Assembly: GCA_002269645.1 (NCBI GenBank)
Contig: NIVC01004736.1
Coordinates: 1 to 36,528, forward strand
DNA: 36,528 bases
Reading direction: 5' to 3'
Source of the DNA: Macrostomum lignano
Lineage: Eukaryota
Positions within the stretch are counted from its first letter, which is position 1, and every line of letters starts with the position of its first letter. The translations under genes and the position numbers were made by a program. Shown here in pieces: positions 1 to 11,040 of the stretch. A model generated the notes under the pieces. It was not told where the DNA came from. It saw nothing but the letters and a program-made list of their open reading frames with translations, and searched no databases.

Positions 1-517
1 AGCAGCTGTGTAGTTATAAGTGCTCTTTAACACTCGTTTATTAGTCGTGTCCATAGACATAAATCAAACACACAGAGAATGAGTCTATGAGTCTATCATA
101 ACATAACACTATGCATCAAGATGGAGATTTGAAAACGTCAATCATAGGCCATACACGATTAGACAGCCACCCGATAGACTTTAACGTCAACGTCGTCAAC
201 CGGTTTAGATATTGTCAGAGAGCTTGCATTTTGTATTTTTTTGGTGTCGGTGAAAAGAAAACAGTTAACGTTTTCAGGCCGAAATCTCTGCTATCAATCT
301 TTGTCCCACGCTGTAAGCTCATTATTCATTTCTTAAAGCCGTTTCACATTAATACTAGTAGCTGTGTGGGTCAAAGATTGCTCATATTAATGCATTTGAT
401 TCAGACCAATTTTAATATTAATTTGAGCAATATTCGACCCCCGCAGCTGACTATAGCGTTAATGTGAACACAGGCCTTTATCTCTCAGTCTGCTATCTAA
501 ATCTCTGCCGTTCCTGA

Positions 518-690
518 GGGTTGTATAGCTTAGTGGTGAGAGCATCGGACTCACTCACGACTGAAAGGTCTGTGGTTTTATCCTCAACCCACTCGAAACA
601 ATTCGTGTCCTTGAGCAAGACACTTAACTCTGCATTGTCCAGAAGACACAGCCTGGCGTAATGACAAACTCAACTGGCCATTATTTCAGC
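518..690 (+). mobile_element. tRNA-derived SINE (tRNA-like head plus CORE/V-type hairpin)
   Basis: 518-590 has a GGGTTG/CAACCC acceptor-like stem, an A-box TAGCTTAGTGG (526-536) and a degenerate B-box GGTTTTATCC. It is followed by GTGTCCTTGAGCAAGACACTTAAC (605-628), a hairpin typical of the central domain of metazoan SINEs. The 3' end is uncertain. Confidence 0.7.
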
Positions 691-2746
691 TTTAACAGAC
701 GTTTGAACCATAGACGATTAGTTAAAGTATTCATATATTAACTGGCATAAGGGAATAATGTTCACAGTAATGATAATCACAACAATAGTAATATTAGTGA
801 GAAGAAAAATGATAGTCAAAACTATTTAGCCACAAAACTATTTAGCAGAAAACGCGCCTAACACAAAAACAACATAGTAGTCGTAGTCTGTTCATCAGAA
901 GTTGCTCATTAAAAATGAAATGTGCAATCCTTGAAGTGGCAATTCTCTAAAAACCGAACTGCACTTTCTGAATCCATCCGACCTGCAGATTAATGGGTAT
1001 TGTAAAAAATTCACTGTTTCTATATAACCAATAGTATAGCCGCTATACTAATTTACTATTTACTAATTTGCTAATTTACTTACAACTTAATGTACATGTA
1101 CTTACCATGCTTCATCCGCGTCTCCTGTCTCACGTCCACTGAAGCATAGGGGTTGCACTGCTAGTTGTGACAACACTTTGCTTATTTGCCAGTGTCTCAT
1201 GCTGCTCAGATGCTCTCTTCAGAGCACTGCTTATCGCTGTCGAGGCTGCACGCACGGCTCGGTCCCGTTTATGTGACTAGTACCTACGGACAGTTCGTTC
1301 GCTTTTCTGGCCTGTGATACACATTATGTCGCTCATGTCATGTCCAGCATCACGGAGATCTGATATCCTGGTGACCCGAATGCAGTGGTTTGAGTAGACA
1401 CGGGATAGAGCACATGTTTGGCTTAATTTCTGCATGAAGCCAGCCATCCAATTAAATCCTCGAACCATCTTGTCTGAGAAGCGAATCCGTTGAATAATCG
1501 TTGGCTAATGGTTTAGGGAAAAAGCTGTTGTCCCTCGTGTTCTCCGGCAGCAGGGCAGCATACCGCAATACAAGATCACGTTGCTCGCCGTACAATCGAG
1601 ACTGCTTGCGGACGTCGTCCTTGCAGCGGTTGGGATCAGCGGACTGGTTTTTGGTAGGCATGGCAGGCAGCTCCAAATAAGGATTTTCGTCGGCGTCGGT
1701 CTTTTCCTGCAGGGTTCCCTTTCTACGCATCTGCTTTAGGTGCTCCTGCCCCTTTCACCAAACACGTAGAGGATAGTAAATAGGACTTCATTTTGCAACT
1801 TCTCACCCGTGCTCCTGTCGAAGTAGTCTCGCAGCTTCGCTAAATCTCCTTCATTGATAGGCTCGTACTGAGTGGTCACACCGCCACTGTTGTGGAACTC
1901 GCGAACCGTCACTCTCAACATTCTGTTGGCACTCTCAAAATCGGTTCCACTCACCAGATTGATAGCACGATGCTTGACCAGATGGAGGTACCGTTGGATG
2001 CCTGCCCGAACGCATACAAGAGTAGCTGGAGCGTAGGGCTCTCCGGTCGTTTTTTTCAAACCGAAATAGTAGTATCGAAGGTACTCGTTAAGCTTCCAGG
2101 AAGGCATCGTGACGCAATCCTCTGCAGTATTGTCCTGCAAGAACTTTTCAAAGGCTCCACCATGTCGCATCATTTGCTCCCTAGACGTTCTTGGCAACGA
2201 CTGGATTTCCACGGCGTCAAGGTTGACTCCATCTTCGGCGGGAGGCAGCTCCGGCAAGTCTCCAGAATCAGCCAGTGGATCTTCGAGCCACTTGATAAAT
2301 GAACTCAATTCTACATCCTGTTGATGCTCCTTTGCACTTAGCTCGAATAGTAGTTCTAACTCATATCTAGATACTCCGTTAAGGCTGTCCACGGGAAGAT
2401 GCGACCAATTGATAAGCGCCATAGCCGAAAAAAGAAAAGACAGCTCTGTTAATCCTCGATCTCGACTATCTCTACTTCTCGTCAGCTCAAGCCTATCATC
2501 AGCTTATTCATTTATAGTCTATGGCCCAACAGCTTTTTTATTTATAGTCTATGGCCCAACCACCGCCCTCTTTACGCAGTCGCACGCACGCAGACTCTTA
2601 CCCTGAAATAATGACCGCTTCCGGCACGCTGAAATAATGGCCAGGCTGTGTCTTATAGACAATGACGTTGCGTAGTAGGGGCTGAAATAATGGCCAAACA
2701 CGAGTGCGCGTAGCATTACGCCAGGCTGTGTCTTCTGGACAATGCA
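631..2746 (-). mobile_element. Probable Crypton-like DNA transposon, extent set by an inverted-repeat pair
   Basis: 631-663 is the exact reverse complement of 2714-2746 (33 bp), and 675-690 of 2681-2696 (16 bp). These arms bracket the recombinase relic. True termini were not established. Confidence 0.5.
1130..2422 (-). pseudogene. Crypton-type (DUF3504-like) tyrosine recombinase, disrupted by two frameshifts and one in-frame stop
   Basis: Three consecutive minus-strand ORFs (1736-2422, 1452-1730, 1277-1468) join into one protein. Motifs: GEPYAPATLVCVRAGIQRYL (core-binding domain), FGERGR[E]HLKQM (box I Arg, restored by adding one G near 1745), YSNHCIRVT (H-x-x-R) and ITGQKSERTVRRY (box II, catalytic Tyr). 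TAG at 1277-1279 is followed in frame by SHKRDRAVRAASTAISSALKR, ending at TGA 1130-1132. Confidence 0.8.
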
Positions 2747-2878
2747 TTGTTTGTAGTAATATATTGTTCTGCATTAAAAATGTGAATAATGATCGTCAAA
2801 TTACTAAACAATGCATTTTTTGTAGTAATGGATTGTTCTGCATTAAAAATGTGAATAATGATCGTCAAATTGCTAAAT
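2741..2878. repeat. 69-bp tandem duplication (2 copies)
   Basis: 2741-2809 and 2810-2878 differ at only a few positions. Confidence 0.9.
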
Positions 2879-3521
2879 AATGGTAGATTGCGTAGTAGGT
2901 AAGGGGCTGAAATAATGGCCAAACACGAGTGCGCGTAGGATCTGCCATTGTCTGTAGGATCGTCAAACAGAAAAACAATGCAAAGAATCGGCGGTCGCAG
3001 CACGTGACAACGATTTGTCTATGGCTCGCGACTACCGGCGCTCGCCAGACAATAGTTGTCACGCACTGGGACCGCTGATTATTTATCCATTGCATGCTTC
3101 AGTTCACCCAGCTGTAAAATGAGTTGGGTAACAGCATTAGCTGGGGTAATTGAGGGTGTGTACGAGCGTAAATGGCGACTCCCCAACCGTACGCAGGCTT
3201 CAGAGATGCGCCGCGCAATAGCTGCGGCTGAGCTGTCGGTTGCACATCTGGCCCGATTGGGGCAGGGGTAATCAATTATTATTATGTCCCAGGCGCACCC
3301 CTCTCTCCTAATTGGCCTTAATCGCACAGCGAAGTTGTACACTGCACTCCTTTAAATTATTTCACCTTCAACCCTCTGTGTGTGCAACCTCCCAGAACCA
3401 GCTGACTTAGCTCGTACTTATATATTAGGTGGTATTGGTACTTATTAGGGACCTTATCTGATTCTGATAAAGGCTGTTCTGACCTACTTTATTCAAATTA
3501 CCGCAATTAGCTTGGGTTTTC

Positions 3522-4440
3522 TTATCTATTGTCTACGGCAAACAGCTCATTATATTCTGTCGCTTGCTCTGTCGCTGTTAAAAAATTCCCAACCAAGTTA
3601 GTCTGTTTTAAAAAAGCCTGCAGAACATTACGGTCAAAATTGACTAGACGTATGGCCTCGATGGCATCCTGGGCAGCGAGCTCAAGGACCAGCTCGCCAA
3701 GGAACTGAAAAATACAGACACGCTCATTATTCGTCGTCGGGTCAGCTTGTGTGCCCTCCCATAAACTGCAATCCTTCTGAGTGGGTAACGGACAAGCTGG
3801 CTCGTCCTGGTTAAAGACGGGCTTACTTGACTCAGCTGCATCCGGATGCAGTGAGGAGGCGTTTCCGCCCAGTTTGCTAACCCCTGGCGACCACGGGCAG
3901 CTGGTGCTGCGGTTTCGCGCAGGGAGTTCCGGTGGTGCCGGTGTCCGCAGCGCGGTCCCCCTCCGGAGAGTCCAGGAGGTGGATGGTCGCTCGCCCGCGG
4001 TGGCCCTTAGGTAGCGGACGATCGCTGGCGGTCCGGGTTTGGGCCGAGGTAGGCGAGTCTGTCCTGAGTAAAGGCGAGGCATTAACAGATTACGAGCTAA
4101 GTGCTCCGCATTCTCGACACAGGAGAGGCAGAAAGGGCATTCCACGCTACAGATTTTTCCCTGGAGGTAACGATGCCTGCATGGCAAAACAGCCATGACC
4201 CGAGAGGGCCATGGTCACCGCCCTGATGTCCCTGCGGTTGAGTCCAAGCAGGGCCCTGCGCAGGGCGGAGGAAGGACAGCGGACAGCCGCGCGGGATTGC
4301 CGGCAGTCGGGTTGAAGACGGGGTTGACTGGGTATTCATGAATAAAGTGCTCCGCATTTTCATACCGGAGGGGCAGAAAGGGCGTCTCTCACTGCGGCTT
4401 CTCCTAGAGGTAGCAAAACAGTCATATGGTGACCGATTTA
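3522..4440 (-). mobile_element. Non-LTR retrotransposon 3' relic with two diverged CCHC zinc-knuckle (zf-RVT-like) segments
   Basis: ORF 3522-4196 has CPFCLSCVENAEHL. A second copy near 4335-4430 reads RPFCPSG[12 protein letters not shown] after a 1-nt frame fix. Both copies share AAGTGCTCCGCATT and GGCAGAAAGGGC. No RT core was recognised. Confidence 0.45.
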
Positions 4441-5388
4441 CTGTCACATCCAAGCAGGGTGGGCGAGGGCCTGTAGGGAACAGCAGCGCGTGACAGGGGA
4501 GACAATTAGCTCACATCTCTCGTGCTTGAATGTCGCCCACCGGTTAACCCGGGAGATGACAGCGGCGGTACCACAATGGTGGCAATGGTTCGGGAGCCGA
4601 AGGCAAGGCTGCCAGAAATTGAAAAACCGGGTCCAAACTCAGGATGCCAAATTGAAATCCCGGATGCTAGCTGGCATCAGTCGAAAAAATCAAAATCAAT
4701 TAATAATGCTGAGCCTCTCTTAATCTGCAGATGTCGCAGAAGTCTGCAGACTTCATATCTACAGATTACTCAAATTAATAGAATTCTTGAACCCTCAATA
4801 ATCATTTATTGATACTTCGAATGATATGTGAATTTAAGAAAATTGGAACTTAAATTAAATCCAGCAGCACATAGTCTGGAAAAGTAGGGTGCCAAATTGG
4901 CATCCGGGGTCCGAATTCAGGAGGCCAAAATTTAAGATGATGATAACGACACGCCATGACAAAAAACGATAAAAATGTTTAAACCAGCCAGCAAGACTGT
5001 CATCAAGTTCGTTGCCTCGGTGCCCGAGTGCCCATTATGGACACTTTGCTCGAGGAGCCTAAGCGGACGAGTTGCGACTGCATAAGCAATCGAGGATGAG
5101 CAGGAAGTGGTACGGGGTGTAGATAGTGCAGAGTAGGAAGTGAGCAATTGTGACAAAAAATTAACTAGTTCCAGAACTCAAATTTTGTTCCTAAGCATCT
5201 ATTCCGTTTTTCTGAGCCTTCAGCTAAACCAGAAATACTTTCCATAAGACCTGATTTTGAAGTACTTCAGCTTACTGAGTGAGCATTAAAGTCTATCAAC
5301 TTAATGTTAAAACCACAGTGGTTCACTTGAGTATCTGAGCTCTTATAAAATTCATTCTCAGCCTTCTGGTTTGGCTCAACTTCAAAAT

Positions 5389-6921
5389 TCAAGCAGAGGA
5401 CGGCGGCGGCGGCCGTGGCCCATCGGTCGGCACTGTCTCGGTCAGGTCTTGGATGCGAGTGTCCGGCAGACTGCGGGTCGGAAAGGCGGCAACGAGACAG
5501 GCGAGACCGAGGGTGGCGAACCTGGCCGGCATGTAGGGGATGAAGTTCACCAGCGGCGACAGCATGCAGCCGGTCCGCAGGGTGGCCATCAGCAGCCCGA
5601 GTCCCGTGTTGCGTACCGCTGTCGGGTAGATCTCTGCCCCGACCGCCATGATGGCACAGAAGGCGATGTTCGAGAAGAACTTGCCGCTCACGGAAAGGCA
5701 CACCAAAAGAACGATGACGATCATGCTGAGCTGTCCGTCTTCTGCTGCCGGCACTGTGGCGAAGATGATGCCGATGGAGAAACAACAGCCGACGGTGACC
5801 AGCGCGCTAACGAACAGAGTGCGGCCCCGACTGAATGTATTCAGGAGAAGCAGAGATGGTGGCTCCACAGCTGCCATGAGAGCGAAGGTGATATAGATGT
5901 TCGGCACGGCGTGGGTGATCACGAAAGTGAAACCGTAGTAGGCGAAGCCGCTGCTGAAACTGTACAGGCAGGTGGACAGCAGGCGGAATACCGACACCCT
6001 ATCTGATAGCAGCTTCTTGATGGCAGTGCAGAGCGACCCTCCAAGTATCGCGCGAGGCGTCCCATGGTCTTTGGTTTGCTGAGTGTCGAGAAGCTCTCCG
6101 TTCTCTTCGAGCTGCAGCGACTCCTCACCTTGACCACCCGAGCTCAGACTGAGAACACTCTCTGGCAATGGGCGCCTGTTGATCCATGCAATCTTCTGCA
6201 GCGCTCGCCTCACCTTCTTGACGGATTTCATTCTTTGCGAGAGCAGCCAGGACGGACTCTCGGGCAGAAGGGCGGCCACAATGACTGGTGGAACAATAAA
6301 AAAATTATTTGTGATCATCAGCCACTTGTAGTCTCGAAGGACGAAGGCCAGGATAGCTAGGAGAATGCCACCCACGGCTGCACCCAGGTTGTACGTCTTG
6401 ACGAACCTGCCCCGGTGCTCCGTCAGCAGCACTTCGTTGCCGTACACAAACACTGAGCCGAGAGTGCAGCTGACGAAGAAGCCGCAGACAAGACGGCTGG
6501 CCAGATGCAGCCAGAACTGCGGCGCTAGCGCGGCCAGCAGATTGGTGGCCAGAGTGCACAAAAGGCCGATCAGCAGTCCGGGAATTCGCCCGATGCTGTC
6601 TGCTGCTGGACCGGCCATCAACGAGCCGGGGATGCAGCCGGCGAGCAGAAAGACGGCGGACAGCTCTCCGAGAGAAGCCTGACTGTCACAGAGACCGTAC
6701 TCGGCGCTGACGGACGTCGTGAAGCCGTGCTGGCTGCTGTTGGCCGCGGCGACAATGTCTTCCGCAGTCGCGTTGGCGCTGCAGGTCATGAGGTTGTGGA
6801 AAGCTCCACCAGCGATGATCATCCCGCTGGAGATCAATGTGAAGCAGCCGACGATACAGACGAGAACCTGGTAGAGGCCGAAGCCTCCGATGTCCTTGAA
6901 GGTAGCCTGCAGGTCAATCAT
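5389..6921 (-). CDS. SLC22-like organic cation/anion transporter (MFS), 510 aa, single exon
   Basis: Uninterrupted ORF with multiple hydrophobic segments. It has an N-terminal FKDIGGFGLYQ, MFS motif A ADSIGR, PESPSWL after TM6, EIYPTAVRNTGLG and LPDT at the end, all characteristic of SLC22/sugar-porter MFS proteins. Confidence 0.9.
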   Translation of the reverse strand: MIDLQATFKDIGGFGLYQVLVCIVGCFTLISSGMIIAGGAFHNLMTCSANATAEDIVAAANSSQHGFTTSVSAEYGLCDSQASLGELSAVFLLAGCIPGSLMAGPAADSIGRIPGLLIGLLCTLATNLLAALAPQFWLHLASRLVCGFFVSCTLGSVFVYGNEVLLTEHRGRFVKTYNLGAAVGGILLAILAFVLRDYKWLMITNNFFIVPPVIVAALLPESPSWLLSQRMKSVKKVRRALQKIAWINRRPLPESVLSLSSGGQGEESLQLEENGELLDTQQTKDHGTPRAILGGSLCTAIKKLLSDRVSVFRLLSTCLYSFSSGFAYYGFTFVITHAVPNIYITFALMAAVEPPSLLLLNTFSRGRTLFVSALVTVGCCFSIGIIFATVPAAEDGQLSMIVIVLLVCLSVSGKFFSNIAFCAIMAVGAEIYPTAVRNTGLGLLMATLRTGCMLSPLVNFIPYMPARFATLGLACLVAAFPTRSLPDTRIQDLTETVPTDGPRPPPPSSA

Positions 6922-7628
6922 GGCAGCAATATTAGCAACAAGAGGTGACTGGGGGTTAGCAGGAAGGCCAGGCTTCAGTGTTTTATGCCTGGACGGTCAA
7001 GTGTTTCATCTGACCGATAAATCTAAAAAAATGCTACGCATGCAGAGACGCCAGCGGCAGGCTTCATATTTATGATCGCAGCTTTGGTCAGTGCAATTTA
7101 TGAGCCCGAAATTTGTTCGCAGGCTAAGAGAAGCAAAAAGCTTCATCCAAACCGCATGCAGTTCTTGCAACAGCAGCTGCTGTGCAAACTTATCTCGCAA
7201 CGCCGGCGCCTAAATTTCACCAAATTGCTACATGTATGCCCTTGGGGCGGCCTCTGTAAATTTACTGAAATGTGTGACGATTGTGAAAGAGGGGCTTCGA
7301 ATTCCTAGATGAGAAAATTTATTACCATGGCTCTGCAGCCCACCGCGGCACTGTCCCCAGCATCACAGTGTGACACTGCTGTTTGGCATTCGTATATCCG
7401 TTAGTATAGCTTAAATAGCAGTGTGCAGCGGGAGAAGAGACAGATAGAGGAGAGAGTAATTATCGGTACACAGTAAACACACGGAAGAACCAAATGACTC
7501 CAGGTCACCTGTGACGACGGGGCTTCTAAGAAAAAGCTCAGTTGATTGCTGAAGTTAGAGCAGAAGTGACAGAACAAGTGGACTGAGCGAGACTGAGGGT
7601 CCAACATTGGGGCGACATTGGACTGCCG

Positions 7629-7743
7629 ACCCTAACCCTAACCCTAACCGGAACCCTAACCCTAACCGGAACCCTAACCCTAACCGGAACCCTAACCCTA
7701 ACCGGAACCCTAACCCTAACCGGAACCCTAACCCTAACCTAAT
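7629..7743. repeat. Interstitial telomere-like array: (CCCTAA)2-CCGGAA 18-bp unit
   Basis: CCCTAA hexamers with every third hexamer replaced by CCGGAA, about 6 units. Confidence 0.9.
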
Positions 7744-8947
7744 CCTACATGTAACCCTTATCTAACTCACTGGCTTTCCGGACGTTCACAAATGAATTTT
7801 TTGCAGACCTGCGAAATACGCAATATTCTACTGCGGCAAGTAGTAAAGTAGGTTTTTTCTATGCTTACTCAGAAAGAATTTATTCTAGATTGTAGGCTTT
7901 TTGAACTTTTTGACTTTCGATTTCGTCTTGCTTTCTGAGTATGAAATGCAAATCAGCTGACCTGCCTTAATCCCAAACATTTTTTATTTTGCAATTTACC
8001 CTCTCATGGCTGAAGTAATGTCCATGCACAAGGCTCGCAGCACCGACTGACCCTCCCAAGATGACTCTCTCGGCTACTTTCTAAGCGTGACCGACTTTCA
8101 TGGCGACTGCCGTCATGAATAGTTAATTTGGACAGGGGGCCCTGTGGCCCTGCAGTTCTTGCATGAAGAGTGCAGCAGTGGAATGGGATGTTGGGAAGTT
8201 ATTTATTGGAAGCCTCTCAATCCCCCATCTGCCCGAGCCCTCGCCCAGACTACTCAACCAAATCCGAGAAATCCGCATGCATCACGCAGCTTCGCTATTC
8301 CACTGTCAGTAACAATGGTTTCAAGAACAAAGGACTGCCAGGCAGCAGTTCCTCAGCTACTGCTGCTTTGACAAGCAGAATTCTCTTTGGAAGTTTTGAA
8401 TTTGAAAGCAGAGGAAAAGTGATTGATGGGTTGCATTTAGGGGGGCCGTAGCCCAGCGGTAGCGCAGCTGCTCTGGTGTGCCAGCGAGCCAGGCTCGATT
8501 CCAAGTGCAGCCACATTAATTTGGGGCTGAATTGGAATCTCGGCTTGGCTCTGCTCGTGCAATTAACGGCATTGAGAGCCAACTCCCCAAGGCGCAGTGA
8601 AGTGTACATGCCTAACGATAATATAAAGTTAGGGCCGCTGTACACTCCTGTGTGAGTGTGTGCCTGCGTACGTATCCGCGCGCTTGTATGCCTGCTCAGG
8701 GGAGTCGGCGGAATGGGCAGTAATGCCTCTCGCCGGTTGTGTGCCCATGTCGCTTAAAGTGCGCCAGGGTGCACACAACCCCCTGCATCTAATAAAAAAA
8801 TGGGTTGCATTGATGGGTTCGAACCTCAGCCGGTTGATTTTCAAAGGTTGACAACAGATGCGAAGGCTTGATCTGCTTGACAGCTTGCAGGGCCGGGGAG
8901 CTTTAGACAGATGATCCCCAGCAGGGGACTCTGTACTCGTTTTTTAT

Positions 8948-9005
8948 CTAGTCTAGTTTTTAATCCAGTCTAGTTTTTAATTTAGTCCAGTTTTTAATCT
9001 AGTTC
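8948..9005. repeat. 17-bp degenerate tandem repeat (about 3 copies)
   Basis: The unit (T/C)AGTC(T/C)AGTTTTTAAT(C/T) is repeated. Confidence 0.7.
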
Positions 9006-9590
9006 AGCATTGTCTATAGACTGGAGTTAACTTGAAATTCTCTCCGACGGGAGAACCTTGTGGGAAAACCTCGGCGGGAAAACTTCCTGCGGTAAATTCT
9101 CGTGCTCCCTCTTCAGGCAGTGGTTACAGCGATCTGGGCCCAGGCGGTTGGCCCTCATGGACTTGGGGCATCGCACGACAAGCCGTTCGCGGAATCGAAC
9201 CCAATAAGAATCCAAAATGTGCCAAGAGATTCAGCTGCTCTCCGACAGTTTAATACGCGCTGCAAACGCCGGCAAGTTGCTTTTTTCTGTGGGCGTGAAC
9301 ACGACTTTTTAGGTGGAGTGGAGATATGAGTGGAGATATGCGGGAAAAGCAAAAAAATTATCACCAAATTTGGTCCGACAGGCGCGGTGCAACCGCTGCA
9401 TTTTTGAGAAGTTTTATGAGCACGGGAGGCCAAAGCTGGTAGCGGCTGTGCGTGGGCGGTGCTGAGCTTTGGCAACTTTTTGTGCTTGTCACTTGCACCT
9501 GAGAGATTTGAAATCTGCAGTTAACTCCTGCCGGATGGAAATCTTTTAGAAATTTGCTATGCAGTTCAGGAATTATTGACCATAAAGAGA

Positions 9591-10287
9591 CTGTGAGAAA
9601 CCTGCTATAGATTCTGTGAGAAATCTGCTATAGATTCTGTGAGAAATCTGCTATAGATTCTGTGAGAAATCTGCTATAGATTCTGTGAGAAATCTGCTAT
9701 AGATTCTGTGAGAAATCTGCTATAGATTCTGTGAGAAATCTGCTATAGATTCTGTGAGAAATCTGCGATAGATTGTGAGAAATCTGCTATAGATTCTGTG
9801 AGAAATCTGCTATAGATTCTGTGAGAAATCTGCTATAGATTCTGTGAGAAATCTGCTATAGATTCTGTGAGAAATCTGCTATAGATTCTGTGAGAAATCT
9901 GCTATAGATTCTGTGAGAAATCTGCTATAGATTCTGTGAGAAATCTGCTATAGATTCTGTGAGAAATCTGCTATAGATTCTGTGAGAAATCTGCTATAGA
10001 TTCTGTGAGAAATCTGCTATAGATTCTGTGAGAAATCTGCTATAGATTCTGTGAGAAATCTGCTATAGATTCTGTGAGAAATCTGCTATAGATTCTGTGA
10101 GAAATCTGCTATAGATTCTGTGAGAAATCTGCTATAGATTCTGTGAGAAATCTGCTATAGATTCTGTGAGAAATCTGCTATAGATTCTGTGAGAAATCTG
10201 CGATAGATTGTGAGAAATCTGCTATAGATTCTGTGAGAAATCTGCTATAGATTGTGAGAAATCTGCTGGGTTCTGTGAGAAATCTGC
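9591..10287. repeat. 23-bp minisatellite CTGCTATAGATTCTGTGAGAAAT (about 30 copies)
   Basis: Near-perfect tandem array read directly from the sequence. Confidence 0.95.
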
Positions 10288-11040
10288 TAGAATGTGGTAG
10301 AAATCTGCTAGAATGTGGTAGAAATCTGCTAGAAACCTGCTAGAAATCTGCTAGAAATCTGCTAGAGATCTGCTAGAAACCTGCTAGAAATCTGCTAGAA
10401 ATCTGCTAGAAATCTGCTAGAAATCTGCTAGAAACCTGCTAGAAATCTGCTAGAAATCTGCTAGAAATCATGTAAAAATCTACTAGAAATCTGCTAGAAA
10501 TCTGCTAGAGATTTGCTAGAAACCTGCTAGAAATCTGCTAGAAATCTGCTAGAAACCTGCTAGAAATCTGCTAGAAATCTGCTAGAAATCTGCTAGAAAT
10601 CTGCTAGAAATCTGCTAGAAATCTGCTAGAAATCTGCTAGAAACCTGCTAGAAATCTGCTAGAAATCTGCTAGAAATCATGTAAAAATCTGCTAGAAATC
10701 TGCTAGAAATCTGCTAGAGATTTGCTAGAAATCTGCTAGAAATCTGCTAGAAACCTGCTAGAAATCTGCTAGAAATCTGCTAGAAATCTGCTAGAAATCT
10801 GCTAGAAATCTGCTAGAAATCTGCTAGAAATCTGCTAGAAATCTGCTAGAAATCTGGTAAAAATCTGCTAGAAATCTGCTAGAAATCTGCTAGAAATCTG
10901 CTAGAAATCTGCTAGAAATCTGCTAGAAATCTGCTAGAAATCTGCTAGAAATCTGCTAGAAATCTGCTAGAAATCTGCTAGAAATCTGCTAGAAATCTGC
11001 TAGAAATCTGCTAGAAATCTGCTAGAAATCTGGTAAAAAT
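10281..11040. repeat. 11-bp minisatellite CTGCTAGAAAT (about 68 copies)
   Basis: Tandem array directly abutting the 23-bp array. Variant blocks recur 209 bp apart. Confidence 0.95.

Noticed and set aside
111-467. 118-aa plus-strand ORF
   Set aside because: AT-rich with no recognisable motif, and it lies among transposon-associated sequence.
518-590. Functional tRNA gene
   Set aside because: The B-box is degenerate (GGTTTTATCC), the anticodon arm is irregular, and a SINE-type hairpin follows with no clear Pol III terminator.
3056-3342. Short ORFs 3056-3271 (+) and 3079-3342 (-)
   Set aside because: No recognisable domain or splice context.
4629-4930. Short direct and inverted matches (GGGTCC..CAGGA.GCCAAA; GGATGCCAA/TTGGCATCC) as MITE ends
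   Set aside because: The matches are too short and imperfect, and no target-site duplication is evident.
5371-6682. Plus-strand ORFs overlapping the transporter, and similar antisense ORFs over the GNAT and RhoGAP exons
   Set aside because: These are shadow ORFs caused by GC-rich codon bias, with no independent motifs.
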